Both the position numbers and the translations under genes were made by a program. The notes beneath the pieces are model-generated. The model was not told the origin of the DNA and ran no database searches. It saw nothing but the letters and a program-made list of their open reading frames with translations. DNA of 64,000 nucleotides from Anthoceros angustus (Eukaryota > Plantae > Anthocerotophyta): assembly GCA_010909165.1 (NCBI GenBank), contig MU008161.1, positions 434,001 to 498,000 on the forward strand, written 5' to 3'. Positions 38,901 to 51,630 of this stretch are shown in pieces (positions within the stretch are counted from its first letter, which is position 1; every line of letters starts with the position of its first letter).

Positions 38901-39711
38901 AAGAGGTTGAAGAGGCGACAACCGGCGAACTTATGGAGGATGGACAGACTTTGGATCTGTGTATGGCGACCCGACATGACACAAAATGACATCAATGAAG
39001 ACCGAGGCTTTGGGTGCGAATGATAGCTTTGGCCTTACGGAGATGGGCGCATGCGAATTTGGCACTGTAGAAGATTCGATTCGGTGGATGCAATGGTGGA
39101 CTCTCAAACAATCCCTCGCGATAGAACATGAGCGATTAGCAAAATGCCTATGCGATTAGCGGGTGTTGGTGTTTAGTTTTGCAGTTGCTTCTCGAGAAAA
39201 CCCGCATGTTCCGGATGTTTCGACCCTCTTAAAATTAACAATGGGTCTTTTCTCAAATTTTGTTGTTATGTGCTCTTTGTAGTAGTGAGTGCCGGCGCCA
39301 TGTGGGTTCGTCTTGGGATGCCATTTTCGATTTGGTTTTCCGCTATGGATATGCATACACGGATGGTGTCATGATACGAAACCAACGTTTTCCATAATTT
39401 GTGGATGGTGTCTTTTCCGTCAAAGGGGTTATTTTTCCTTGAAGGGGTTTGTATATTCCCCTTCATAATTTATAGTGTTTGAGTTGTTCCATTTATCCAT
39501 GCCTTGTGTTTGGAGTTGTAGTGGGAGGGCAGGCTCTGCGGTGAAACAGACCCAGCTTTGGAGTGGTGCTTAATAAAGAGATGCGGAAACACCGTCTGTC
39601 TCAGTGCGGAACTCCCAAAGCCTCAACGACCTCGGCGTGATAGCCTTCTTGACATAGCTCCTTCTTATTTTAGTCACGCATGTGCTCGTATCCTATGAGC
39701 TGCGAGGTTGA

Positions 39712-40053
39712 TTACAATTCGTCCGAAGCTCCGGGTTGGGTTTGGAAGCACCACTCCCATCTCCATACCCACATCCGAGAAGGCAAGGCTTGCACATGGT
39801 TGCCAGACCCTACTACCCATACTCCTCGTGCGCGCAGGTTTGACATCATCCGAACATGCCACACTTCATACCGAGAACCATTAAATCTGTCCTTCTCTTT
39901 CAACTCTGCTGTGAATGTAGGTGGAACGGGTGGTGGAACAGGTGTATTGGGTGGTGCTGGGCTAGACGAAGGACTCGGTGGAGGGGAGATTAAACCTTCA
40001 TATTCTGTATCTAGTCTACGAGGGAAGTTGAAGAGGTAATCCCTCGTTGACAT
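39712..40053 (-). pseudogene. Copia gag N-terminus
   Basis: DRFNGSRYEVWHVRMMSNLRARGVW, a typical copia gag start, downstream of the PBS. Confidence 0.8.
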
Positions 40054-40850
40054 CAAAAATTATTATCAGCCATCAGACAGGTGAACAGGTAAGCCGTTAG
40101 GTTTTAAAGGAGTTTTGTTTTGAAAAGGCAGAAAAACTCCTGTGACTTGATTTTAGAGACCTGGTGGATTCTTGGGAAACTTGATTACTTGGTTTGTCTT
40201 TGAGCCGGTAGATCTGAGGGGCAGATGAGAATTCCAAGCACATGGAAGCGGCCAAAGAATCTACAGCAAGCCTGAATCTAGGGTATGATAGATCAAATTG
40301 AGCACTCCTCTTGCGAGGAGCGGAGGATGTGGCTAAAAAACTGCAATTGTGCAGTCAATTTCTTGATTTCAGATGAGAATCTGACAGCAAATTTGTGAAT
40401 CTTCATATCTATTGAATCCAACCTCTTAGAAAAAGATTCCTATCGCTGGATAGTAGCATTCAGGGTTGCTTCTAGATTCTTCACTGAGTTTGAGAATATT
40501 GTCGTGCTCCTTGTGCAGGATTGGTGGTCTGAGCGTTGTCATCTTTCAGGTGTTCGTGTAGCATGGGGACTTGATCTGTACAGGCGGCCACAAGTGTTGC
40601 AAAGGGTTAAATTAGAGGTTTCATAAAAATTACTGTTGCGTCTGAAATGAGGATATTTCTCGAACAGTCGATGCTCTCACTCAGCCCTTGATTCATTTCC
40701 AATCCATGTGTTACAAGAGCGAACAGGCGAGCTGTAAGTAGTCCTGGAAAAGGATTCAGTGAAGCCTCCTCTTCCACAGGATCCACCGTTGGACCTGTTC
40801 CTCGGCATTCTGATTATAGCATAATTACCAGCAATTGGGCTCTGATACCA

Positions 40851-41062
40851 TAATAAAAACAGGCAATGCTGGCCTGATGTCAAAACAATTTGACATTGTG
40901 TGAGAGAGCACAGGCGTGAGGCCGAGAACGTTGAACAAAAACATATGATAATGAAAGAATTAAATTGCCAAAGAGTTGTAACAGAGTATTTATACTTAAA
41001 CCCTAAAATAAGTCTAACGATGCGTCTAGGTTAAATACCTAATATAGGCATATTTTTCAACA
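40851..41062 (-). repeat. Copia 5' LTR
   Basis: Directly abuts the tRNA-iMet PBS; matches 19619-19830. Confidence 0.93.
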
Positions 41063-41339
41063 CATTTGGTAGGAGATCCACACTTGTTTCTCTTGGACAA
41101 AAGAAGACCTTTTGCATGCCACAACGTTCACACTGTCCAGAAAGGCACTCCAGCTTATGCCACTCTGCATTACATTCTTTCTCACAAAGGGCTGCCTGTG
41201 CCAGAGCTCGAACTGAAGGATAGTAACAAACTACCACACAACACCCACCATCAATCGCTTTTCTTGAATGACGCCTGCTGATCATAGGCATGCTCCCACA
41301 GGCGTATTCTTGATAACTTATGTCGTACACTGTTTAATG
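41063..41339 (-). pseudogene. Sola2-like transposase, Cys-rich middle segment
   Basis: LCEKECNAEWHKLECLSGQCERCG...CPRETSVDLLPN joins in frame to ATISWRCFQYQ at 19613 once the Copia and one TSD are removed. Confidence 0.8.
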
Positions 41340-44300
41340 CCCTACTAGAAAGGGCAGCCTATGTTACACTTTATGTTAAGATTTGCACCCCTGGATGTAA
41401 CACTCATGTTGCAATTTTAGGGCCATGTAACATTTTTGGGCCCCTTGTTACACTTTAGCTTGAAAACCAGATCATAGCTTTTGTTGCAATCATATTGCAA
41501 TGGTGTTGCAATTATGTTAAGATGAAGTGAGAGGTGCTTTTGCTCTCTCTCCAGAATGCAACATGATTGCAACATCTAAAGTGTTACAAGAGAGGTCTTG
41601 TAACACTTTTCTAGGCTTGGTACCGAACCTTCTCCCCATCTACCATTCTCTTTTTACTTTTGCCTTATAGAATACCAAGTTTTACATAGTCGTTCTGTTC
41701 ATTATATGGTACTTTGTATTTACCATTTGTGCAAATCTCGACGCATCTTTATGCCCCAAATCTCTAGTACAACAGCCTATTTTTCTCTATCCAGTGCCTC
41801 CTAAAAAGGCACATATTGAATTTCATCGACCGCCTCCTCTTCTCCCTCCATGTTCTCCTCTGCGTCACTGCCATTACGTGGCATTCGGGAACCGGGCATT
41901 CGGGAACCGGGCATTCGGGAACCAAGGGAGGGCTGGTGGGATGAACCCGTGGCTGGCCAGCGGGAGGCATGCCCGAGTCGAGGTCCGGACTTTGTCCGGA
42001 CTCGAAAGACGGACCAGTCCGGCCCCGGAAGTCTGGACTTAGGGATCCGGACTCAGTGGTCAGGCCACGAGGTCCGGACCCCGAGAAGGGTTGGGTCGAG
42101 CCGGACCCCGAGAGGCCAGGGCCGGGCCCGGGGAGACGGACCCGGAGGAAGACGGACCTAGAGGTCCGGACTCGAGTCGAGGCAGTCCACGAGGTCCAAA
42201 CTCGGGAGTGGGGAGAGCCACGTCACCCCAAGATCCAACCTTGGAGGGCCCACTGCGCGAGGCCCGGAGAGAGAGAGGAGGGGCGGAAGACTTGGTGGTG
42301 ACCGCGTTGTCGGGCCGCCGCCGGTGGCGCAACTGGCGGACCCTCGGGAAGAGGAAGGGGTCCCGCCTCGCGGATCATCCGATTAGGTGCGCGCGGCCCG
42401 GCGGCTCGGCTTTGGGCCAAGAAGGAATGGGGGCCATCCAGCCCACCACCAGCAGGCGATAGGTGGAATAGCGAGGGTAGTAGGCGGCTGGTTAGGGCCT
42501 GGGCCTCGGCTGAATAGAGGTGTAATAAAGGCGACCTTGGTAGTATAAGAGGGCTAAGGCCGCCAGAATAAATCATCTTTCTCTTGGTGTTGATGCGCGT
42601 TCTTGCGGACCTTTGTGTGTCTTCTTGCTAACGTGAGTCTGAGTCAGGCGAGCCGACTCGGGAGATTGATCGGTCTGGTGGCGGACCTAACGTGTTGTGG
42701 TGTGTGCGGGGAAGGGTGGCGGTGACCCGTGCTCGTCGAGCAGCGGCCCGGCCGACGACCGGGCGTGTGGCCGGAGGAACTCGGGAGGCGTCTGAGCCGG
42801 GGAGAGAGGCCGGCGCAGCGGAGGTCGGGGCTGTAACCAGCGTCTTTCTAAGGCGAGGTGTAGCGTGAGGAGAGGAAAGGCGGATGTGAGTGACGGATGT
42901 GAGATCTGGGGCCGACAGGTCCAAACGTTTGGCCATCCGGGCTGTCGGTGAACGTTGTAGTTAGGAGTATGTGTGTTGAGGTGAGCAGGCGCTAAGGCGG
43001 TAGGAATCACGAAGCCCAGAGCCTATCATTCCCTTGGAGCGGACTTCTTCCTACAACGACACGGATTGTGCGCGGTGGCCATCGTAAGTCGCGCCACATT
43101 TTGGCGCCGTTGCGGGAATGAAATCGTTCCGTAGCAGCGTGGATGCGTGGAGGGGCGTGAGGTAGTTAAGGAAGATTCTGAGAGTCGGACGTTGTGTTGC
43201 CCGGGCGCTCGGCGAGCACGTGAGAGGCGACGAGCTCGGCGAGGACACCGAAGGTAAGTGTGGTGGAGTTGTCGGATCGAGAGGAGGAAGCACCAAGTCG
43301 GTGGTAAGGCGGTTCCTCATCCCTTACCAATCGCGGCGATGGCAACAACGTCGACCAAGCAAGCGTATTCCCTCTTTGGAGGTAAGAAGGAGAGAGCGCG
43401 AAACCGTGGAGGATTTCGTGTCTCGCAAACTTCGGAGAAGGTTCGGATGCAGCTCATTCAATTCCAAGGGGTCTCGAGGCGGCTCGGTGTCGGAGGAAAT
43501 ACCGACCGCCTCGAACGCACCCCGCAACCTTGAGCATTGAAGGATGCCTTCTTAGAAAGATTCCATGGAATCGATCAAGAAGGCTATGTCTTGTCCAAAC
43601 TCGAGAACAAGCGAGGAAAGGCGGAGAAGTTGGGATCGTACATCGAGCGGTTCTGTGCTGCGGACGGCACCCCACACTACCATGCAGGATGCGTTGGTTC
43701 GCGGTGGCTTATCCAAGCCAATGGCTAAGCACGTCTTCGAGAAAGATGTGAGCAAGGCGGTCCGGGCGGCGGAGAACTATGAAGAATCGATGCACCGACG
43801 GCCGAGGACTCCTCCAGGAGGAAAGAAGAAGAAAGCGGGGTCGGACTCAAGATGAAGAACCCTGGACGAGGAGGATGATGAGACCGAGGCGGCCGGAGGA
43901 AGAGGAAGAGGACTCAGGAAGAATCCAGGAGGTCATGGAAGAAGAAGAACCCGAAAATAAAGAAGAAGAAGCCCGTGTCGCGGAGGGTGGAAAAGAAGGA
44001 GGTCATGATGCCCGTGCAGAGGTCCCGGCCAGCTCCTTTGAAGGAAGTAGCGGGGGCGAGGGAAGATCTAGAACGGGTAATGAAGAGGTGGAGGAGTTGA
44101 CGATCAACCGGTGAAGGATAAAGAAGCGTAAGGCGGCCACCTCCGGTACTCATCATGGTGTGCGGTGTGTCACCAACATGGGCATTCGAGGCCAAGCGCC
44201 TCCGGACCCGTGAACCGGTGGAGTGACTACGGGAAGAGTCCGAGGCAGTGGGAGGATGCATACCAAGTGCAACGGGACCAGTATCCAGACGATGTACCCA

Positions 44301-45899
44301 CGGTGGTCCGTCTGCATCGACCTCCGATCTGCACCGCATGGGAGCCCCTCCAGAATTCTCGGGCGGTGGTGCTGGAACTGGGAACCCGGACACTACTCCA
44401 ACGCTACCCCACGGCAAGGTGGAGACTTTGAGCAGGTGTGGAGTTATGGCGGTGGGGCACATGCGGTCCAATCTCGCTCAGGACGTGCGCTCACGCAACC
44501 CGGTGGGAGCCAAGACCACCGCCTCCCTAAGGCGCCCGTGCTACAAATTGAAGGCGCTGGTGGCGGAGTGGGAGGCAGGGGCACAAGCGAGGTGGTACGA
44601 AGCAAGTTCTAAGGAGAAGAAGGCGGACTGGAGGTCTGGAAGTGTCAACCCGAGTCCGAAAGGAGCGGAAGGAACGGAGGCAGTAAGAGGAAGAAAATGA
44701 GGATAGTCCCACGGATGAGGACGGAACACCCTGAAGGAAGCCGAACCCGCCAAAGAGGCGAGTTAAACCGGGCAGCCCGGGAAGAAACCAAAGCCGGAGT
44801 CTCGGGAGGCGGACTCACCACGCACGCAGCTTCCACCGGATGTGGTTGAAGTGAGATGCTTCAAGAAGAACTCACGGGACCCAGTAGTCCGCCACCAGAC
44901 GGTGGGAGGAGACAAGGCGAGCGTGGTGAGAGAACCACCCGCCCTTTCAAGGTGGCCGACTTGATGATGGACCAACAACACTTGGTGTCCCTTAGCGTTG
45001 TTAAAGGACAACCCAGTATCGGCGAAGTCCGAAGGCCATCGTGAACGCAACCACGTCGGAACTCCTTGGTCCGGAAGGGCAAGAACGTGGAGGTAAGGGT
45101 CGTATCTCATACGGACCACAGGCGCCATGGTGCGGTGGAAATTGCGGTGTGTAATTAAAAACGTGCCTCTAGACACGGGGTCGAGTGAACCTCATCGAGG
45201 CCACCGCAAGGCAGGCGGGTTCACCACCTTGAGCCATCCACCAAAACCCTCGGGATGGCGGACATGTCAGCGCCAGGGAGTTGTCCGAGTCCAAGCCACC
45301 ATAGCGAGCCCCTATACATTAGATTTTGTCGTCATCGGACCGCGGACCCCTGGGGTATGAGGTCTGTTAGGCGGCCTGAGCCTCGAGACAAAACTACACT
45401 TGGACGGAAGGAAATACACTTCAAGCCGTGGTGGGATCCAAGGTGAGGGAAGGACGGGTAGCGATTACGGAGTAAGGACACGTCTGGAGAAACGTCGGCC
45501 ACAGAGGGTACACCTCCGAAGGCAGTGGGGATGAGCGAGGATACGAATGAGGACTACCCTTTCCCAAAATCACGTGGTCGAGGAGGAGATGGATTGGGAG
45601 GGACGCCTTTGGAGCGGAGGTGGACGAGGAGGTCATCGATTGTTTTAGGGTGGACTCTGCGGGGACAAGAGCCGGGAAGGCAATCAAGAGGAGGGTCCAG
45701 CGGAGGGCGGAGTAGAACCGAGAAGTAACCCGTTTCACTTGACGAGCTCTTCGGGAGTGGGGAATGCGTGAAGATGAACCCGGATGGAGGGCTTGGACGA
45801 GCGGCGAGAAAGGGAGACGGTCAATCCGGACGATGTGGAAGACGTGGAGGTTCGCCGAAATTCCTCAAATTCCAAGGGCATGCCGAGGGTTAAACGAGA

Positions 45900-48400
45900 C
45901 CTCACCGATTGTTGGGGAATTCGAGGTGTTTGCTTTCAAGGTCACGGATATGAAAGGCATTCCAAAGCGAGGCCCGGATAGATCTGAAGCCGAGGCGGTG
46001 CCGTTCGGATTAGGCGATAAAAATCCCAAGCACTCGCTCAAGGTCAAGGAAGTCCTGGATAAGTATCCGAAGCGACATCATCTTCCCAATCGTAAGCAGT
46101 GAGTGGGTGGCGCCCATTGTGGTCGTGTCAAGAAGCGGCGATTCGGGTCTGTCGGGAGCGCCGCCACGGAAAGGACCATTTCCCATGCCCTTTGTGGACA
46201 TCTGGACAAGGTGGCGGCGGAGTACCTACTCCTTCTTGGCGGCTACTCCGGCTACAACCGATTACACCTAAGGGAGTCGTGGGATAAGACAACATTCACC
46301 ACGGAGTGGGGACGTTTGCCTACAAACGGAGTGCCTTCAGGATGACAGGAGCACCGGATCATTTATGCGGATGGTGACCAATGTCTTCCGGGAATTCCTG
46401 AGGGACTTCATGGAGGTGTTCTTGGACGACTTCTGTGTGCACGGAGAGGAGGACAAACACGTGGGACATTAGTGTTTGGAACGATGTAGGAGACTCAAGC
46501 TGCACGCATCCGGAGAATGCTACTTGGCATCGAGGGAATCTTGTTGGGGCACCGAGTGTCGGTAAGAGGATAGAGGTGGACCAAGACAAGGTGAAAGTCA
46601 TCCATCCCAGCCCACCAACGAACTTGAAGGAGTTACGGATTCCACAGGCATGGTAGGTTACTATAGGCGTTTCATACAAGATTTTGCAAAGCGGGCCTCC
46701 AACTAGAGCTACTCGGGAAGGAGGAGGAATGGACACAGGCGCCGAGAAAGGCGGCATTCGAGACCTCCGACCACTCAGTGTGCCCAGACTCAAAGGACCG
46801 GGGAAGCGATTCCATGTGTACGTGGATGTGTCACCATCGGGTAGTGCTCGATCAAAAGATGATAAGCGGAGGGATCACCCAATCTACTACGGAAGGCGGC
46901 TCACGCACGGAGCGGAGGTACACTACTACGGAGCGAGAGGCATTGGGTATGGTATCGCCGTTAAGAAATTCAGACACTATACGCCCAATGAGTTTGTGTT
47001 CTATGTTGATCACTTGGCTCAAGCATTTGGTGAACAAGGCGGACTTGTCCGGACTTGCGAGGTGGATTCTGCTCTGAGGAGTTCACATTTGAGGTGGAGA
47101 CTAGGCAAGGCACAACACCGACTTCTTATCCAGTTAAAACGGAGCCTGTCTGCAGGATCAAGAGGACGCCTTCCGGATGAGGAATTGGTGGCGATAGAGG
47201 AGGAGGAGGTAGAGGAGCAGTAGGACAAACCCGGTGGTGAGCGGACCCACGGCGGAGAAGGGAGGGGCGGGCGGCCTCTTGCGGAGTTGGAGCAGTACCT
47301 ATGGGAGATGGAGCTACCGCAGGCGAACCGGGTTGTGGCGCCTTTGTGCACTCGCTCGCCCCTTTTGTATCGGTGCATCTTTAAGGTAGGACGGGTGTGT
47401 GGAGCAGAAGGTACCTCCAAGTGAGCGGAGGTGGTAATAAAGGGGATGCACGAAGGACTAGGTGGTGGACATTATGCAGCGCAGGTCACCACCAAGAAAA
47501 TCTTGGAGGCTGGGTACTGGTGGCCCACCATGTATGGGGAAACACACCAATTTGTGAAGAAGTGTGATGCTTGTCAGCGGATCGGGAAGCCGACGGCCAC
47601 AACTCAATGGCCGTTAGTGCCCATACTAGCACTAGCGCCTTTTGAGAAATGGGGCATCGACTTCGTTGGACCTATCGATAGCGACCAGCACACACGCGGT
47701 ACATCTTGGTGGCGGACTCGCACGGTGGGTTGGGCGGTCGCTACGAGCGGACTCTGCGAGCACGGTGGCCAAATTCCTCTGAAAACATCATCACAAGGTA
47801 TGGGTGTCGTTGCTGGTGGCGATAGGGGAACCCATTTCCTCAATGATGTGATAACGCAATGACGGACTATTTCGGCATCACGCCCTCAACAATCAAGGCC
47901 AGCGGATGACGGAGAAGACCAATGGACTTATCGCCGCATCCTCAATAAGCGGTTAACTATGCGCACGATCGATACAAAGTCGCCATCGGGCTATGGGCGT
48001 TGAGCGGTAACCACGCAACGAACTCCGTATTATCGACCTATGGGCACTCACCGTTATGCCGGTCGAGTTTGAGGTGCCAACACTCGGGTCATGATGGAAA
48101 GGCGCTTAACGGATGAAGAGAGCCAATGGAGCGTTGCTAGGGTTTGTCTGACATCGGAGGAGGGAAGGCGCAGCGAATGCAGCAATCAGAATCAACATGG
48201 TGTGGCATGATAGGCGCCTTAGGAATCGGGAGTATGTGAAGGAGGGAGATCCGCCTCCTTTCGACGACATATGCACTTCCTGTAAACTCCACCTCGATGG
48301 ATGGGGCCTTACCAAGTCGGAGTATACCCCAATGGGTCCGTTCGCGGTTGGATGGTGAACTGCCCACTCGGGTGTGAACGGTGGCGGGTGAAAAAGTACG
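45900..48400 (+). pseudogene. Gypsy pol (RT, RNase H, integrase), frameshifted
   Basis: SEWVAPIVVV, DHFPMPF, GYSGYN, MEVFLDDF, FHVYVD, TTEREALGMV, HEGLGGGHY..YWWPTM..CDACQR, PFEKWGIDFVGP, DRGTHFLN. Confidence 0.9.
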
Positions 48401-49067
48401 CTTAGTGTTGGCGGAGGCGCAGTGAGAAGGGTATGGACTACGGACTTCCCGGGGTTAGAAATTAGGTAGGGTTTTGTTTTTGTAGGAGTGAAGGATAAAA
48501 TGAGGCGGGAAATAAGCATGGATAGCACTCGGACGGCACTCGGAGTATACTCGGACTCGGAGTGAGGAACGTACCGGACCTACTATGGCGGGCGCGGTAG
48601 CAGAAGTCCGGACCCACTCCAGACCAGGCGGGATAAATCGCCGAAGTAACTTAGAAGTTGGGCGTAAGGACGGATGGCGGCCACGTGGGCGACCCTGAGT
48701 GGAGGACGGGCATGCAGCTGGTCAGGACCGTAACCTTGCCAGAGGCCGTTATAGCAGGTATTCACGCCCGGCGCGCGTAGGGCGCGGAGTAAGGCGAGTA
48801 AGCAGCGTAGGGGCGAGTAAGCCATGCGAGACCTCGGCGATTCTGGACGGAAGAGGCGCCCTCCGCCCGGATTACTCCGGCGTGGTCGCGGAAGAAGGTC
48901 ATTTCGCTGCGCAGCCTCGAGACAATTCTCGCGATCTCTTGCGCTCCGCATCCGGCTCTGGCGGTATCTCGTGGGACACTCGGTCTTCGCGGCTCACCGT
49001 TGAGGTCGGAGGCGACGCGAGAGGCTGCGTGCAGCCTCGACAAGCGGCTCGCGCAAGGGAGAAGGCG

Positions 49068-51630
49068 ATGGCACCCAAAAAGCCCGCGGAAGTTTGGGAG
49101 CCATGGAACCTTGTGGAGCGCAACATTGTGACCCGGCGCTATCCGGACTTTGGGCTCTGGCTCCAGGAAGCGGGAGAATTGGTGCAGGAGTGGCATTTGG
49201 ATGTGTTCCAAATGGTCTGGACATTTGACAGTGTCACTCTGGTCCGGGAGTTTGCCCGGAAGATGCTGGCGGCGGTCAACAAGGAGGTGCGGTCCAAGAA
49301 CCTCCGGGAGGACCCAAGGCGATGGACCTTGGAGGTCTGGCGGCCTACCGCCCAAGGAGGAAGAGGGGAGTGGTGCGGGCCCCTCAAGGCGAAGGGAAGA
49401 TAGGTCCGACCACGGCGATGCTAAGGCACAGGGCAGCGGACCCTGTGTTGGTGATATCCGACTGTTGACGGTCGAGTCGGGGCGGTGGCGGATCATTGCC
49501 ATGGAACCTACTCACCAAGGTGGATCACCTTGGTGATAATCTATAGTGTTCGCAGCGTTGCGGTGGGGAAGAGGCGGGGGAAGGATTATCTTCGCCCGGT
49601 TTAGCGAGGCTCAAGCTCGGGGCGAAGCCCGCGCCATCAGGGGGTCCCATACGATCCATGTATGGGGGCAACTCCTCGGGAAGGAGAGCTTGAGCGGCGC
49701 TCGGAAGGAATGGAGGCCCTCCGGAAGTGGAGCGGCAAGGCGCCGGAGGAGGAGGCAGTCGTCCAAGCGGACTCGGGAGGAGGACGGAGGATTCCGGACT
49801 CCATACGTGAGCGGACCCCTCACCACCTGTGGAAGTATGGGAAGCAATTCCGCCTCCCTCCTCGTGCCCCAACGGCAGCCAGGCGGCCCGACCCAGGCCC
49901 GCCGGCCATCACTCCGGTGAGCCCGCGGACCGAGGGAGCCGAAGCGCAAGACCACGGCTGTGGCGGCGCAGTCGGTGCCGGTACCTCTTCCCCGGCGGGT
50001 GGCAAGCGGAGGAAGGCATGGGAGGCGAGAAGGAGCTCGCGCCAAAAGGGCCAAGGAGGCGGAGGACAGCGCAGCCGCATCGAGCCGGTCCTGCCGGCGG
50101 AAGGGGCAAAGGCGTGCTCCGGACTCCATCACCTCCGCCGAGCCCCAGGAGAAAAGGCGGAGAAGGAGCTCGCGGCCAAAAGGGCCAAGGAGGGGGAAGC
50201 TCCGGAGCTCAGCACTCAGGACCTAAGGGTCCTGATTGGGTCCGGAGAACCCAGTCCGGACTTGCTCCGGACTGCGGTATGGAGGTCCTTGACGGACCGT
50301 GAGATGCCGGCTCCCGCAACGGACTTTGTGGGAGCCTCACCAGCAGCGGCCGTGGAGGAAACACGGCGGGTCCTGGCTACCGTCATGGACGGTATGCTCA
50401 GTCTCGGGATGGCCGAGAAGGCCGGAGGTGGAAGCCACCGGGCGCATGGTGCTCCTCCGAGGCAGTTGGAGGGAGCCAGGCGAGAAGGAAGGCCAAGCTC
50501 GGCGGATTGAGGAAGGAAAGCCGGGAGGCGGAGAGGAGGTCTGGTCCATCCGCGGGACGGACCAAATTCCTTCATGGAGGAGCAGTGAGCGAGCAAGGAG
50601 GCCCAAGCGGCGGAGGACCTCTGAGGGCGAGGAGGCCGGGCGCAAGCGGGCAGGCGGATCTCGCGGAGGCGGCCGTGGACGAGCCAAATGGAGGCTCGGT
50701 GAAGGTGGCCAAGGAGGCGGAGGCCACGGAGGCCGATCGCGATCACTGCTCACGTGATCGGGCCGGTGGAGGCGGCCGAGAGCTGCCAATCGAAGGCCGA
50801 GCAAGTGGCCAGAGCAAGCACAGTCGGCCGTGAGGGCCTGGAGGCCAGCACCCGGGAGATTGGGGACCTCGAGTGCAGTGCAGGAGGTAGAAGGGCGGAG
50901 GCTGGAGGACAACAAGGACACCTTGGGTTGCAACTCCAAGATGAGGCGGCGGGGTTCTCAGCGAGAGAATCCAAGACTTGAGCGAGAGGTGGAACGCCTC
51001 CAGCTCCGCTTGAAGACGGAGGAGAATAGGCGGCGGTGCAAGGAGTTCGACGTCGCAAGGTTGCGGGATGTGGCGGAAGCCGAGGAGTCGGGGGATACGC
51101 CCGCTGAGAAGGAAGTGGAGGACCTCCGGAAAGAATAGAAGAAGGAGGAAGCCTGGAGGAAAGGCTTGCTCGTCCGGTTGCGAGGCGAAGGAGCTCGGCT
51201 CCATGGCCCATAAATGGCGCTGGAACAACGACGGAGGAGGAGAAGCGTCGGCGGCGTGAAGGTTGCAAGAGGTAACGGAGGCAGCCTTGACGGCCTCAAG
51301 GGAGTCCGCCCGCCTCGGTGAAGCTTGGCCACGGAGGCAGGCCCGGCTGGGCGATCCTCGATTCTGGAGCACCTCGGAGGAGGAATGCGGTGCTCGGGCT
51401 CATGTGGAGGAGGCGATTCGGCAAGTCGATTCCGACCGCCTACCAGAGCTCCTCAAGGCTGGAGGTCTGCGCCACCCTAGGCGGGAGGTGGACTTCGGAA
51501 GGATGGAAGGAGGAGGCGAGGAGGCCGGACCCGGGACAAGACAACCGCAGGAGTCCTAGGGCCATGGAGCAGCGGCAGCGGGGAGAGCAGCTGGAGGAAC
51601 CGGGAGGAGGAAGGGCGCCACACCGGAGGT
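49068..51630 (+). pseudogene. Extra sense ORF between pol and the 3' LTR (env position), with a coiled-coil C-terminus
   Basis: ATG at 49068, MAPKKPAEVWEPWNLVERN...WTLEVWR, followed by frameshifted E/K/R-rich helical segments. Confidence 0.55.

Larger units (their letters stand above)
19619..41062 (-). mobile_element. Ty1/Copia LTR retrotransposon with a heavily disrupted, inflated interior
   Basis: 212-bp LTRs at 19619-19830 and 40851-41062 (3 mismatches); TSD CATTT (19614-19618, 41063-41067); PBS TGGTATCAGAGCC (revcomp of 40838-40850, tRNA-iMet); short PPT; collinear gag, IN-RT spacer and RT/RNaseH remnants on the - strand. Confidence 0.93.

Noticed and set aside
21540-39600. Idea that the fragments are a GATC (DpnII) ligation concatemer
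   Set aside because: Several junctions (e.g. ~21540, ~23670) have no GATC, and some GATCs lie inside coding motifs
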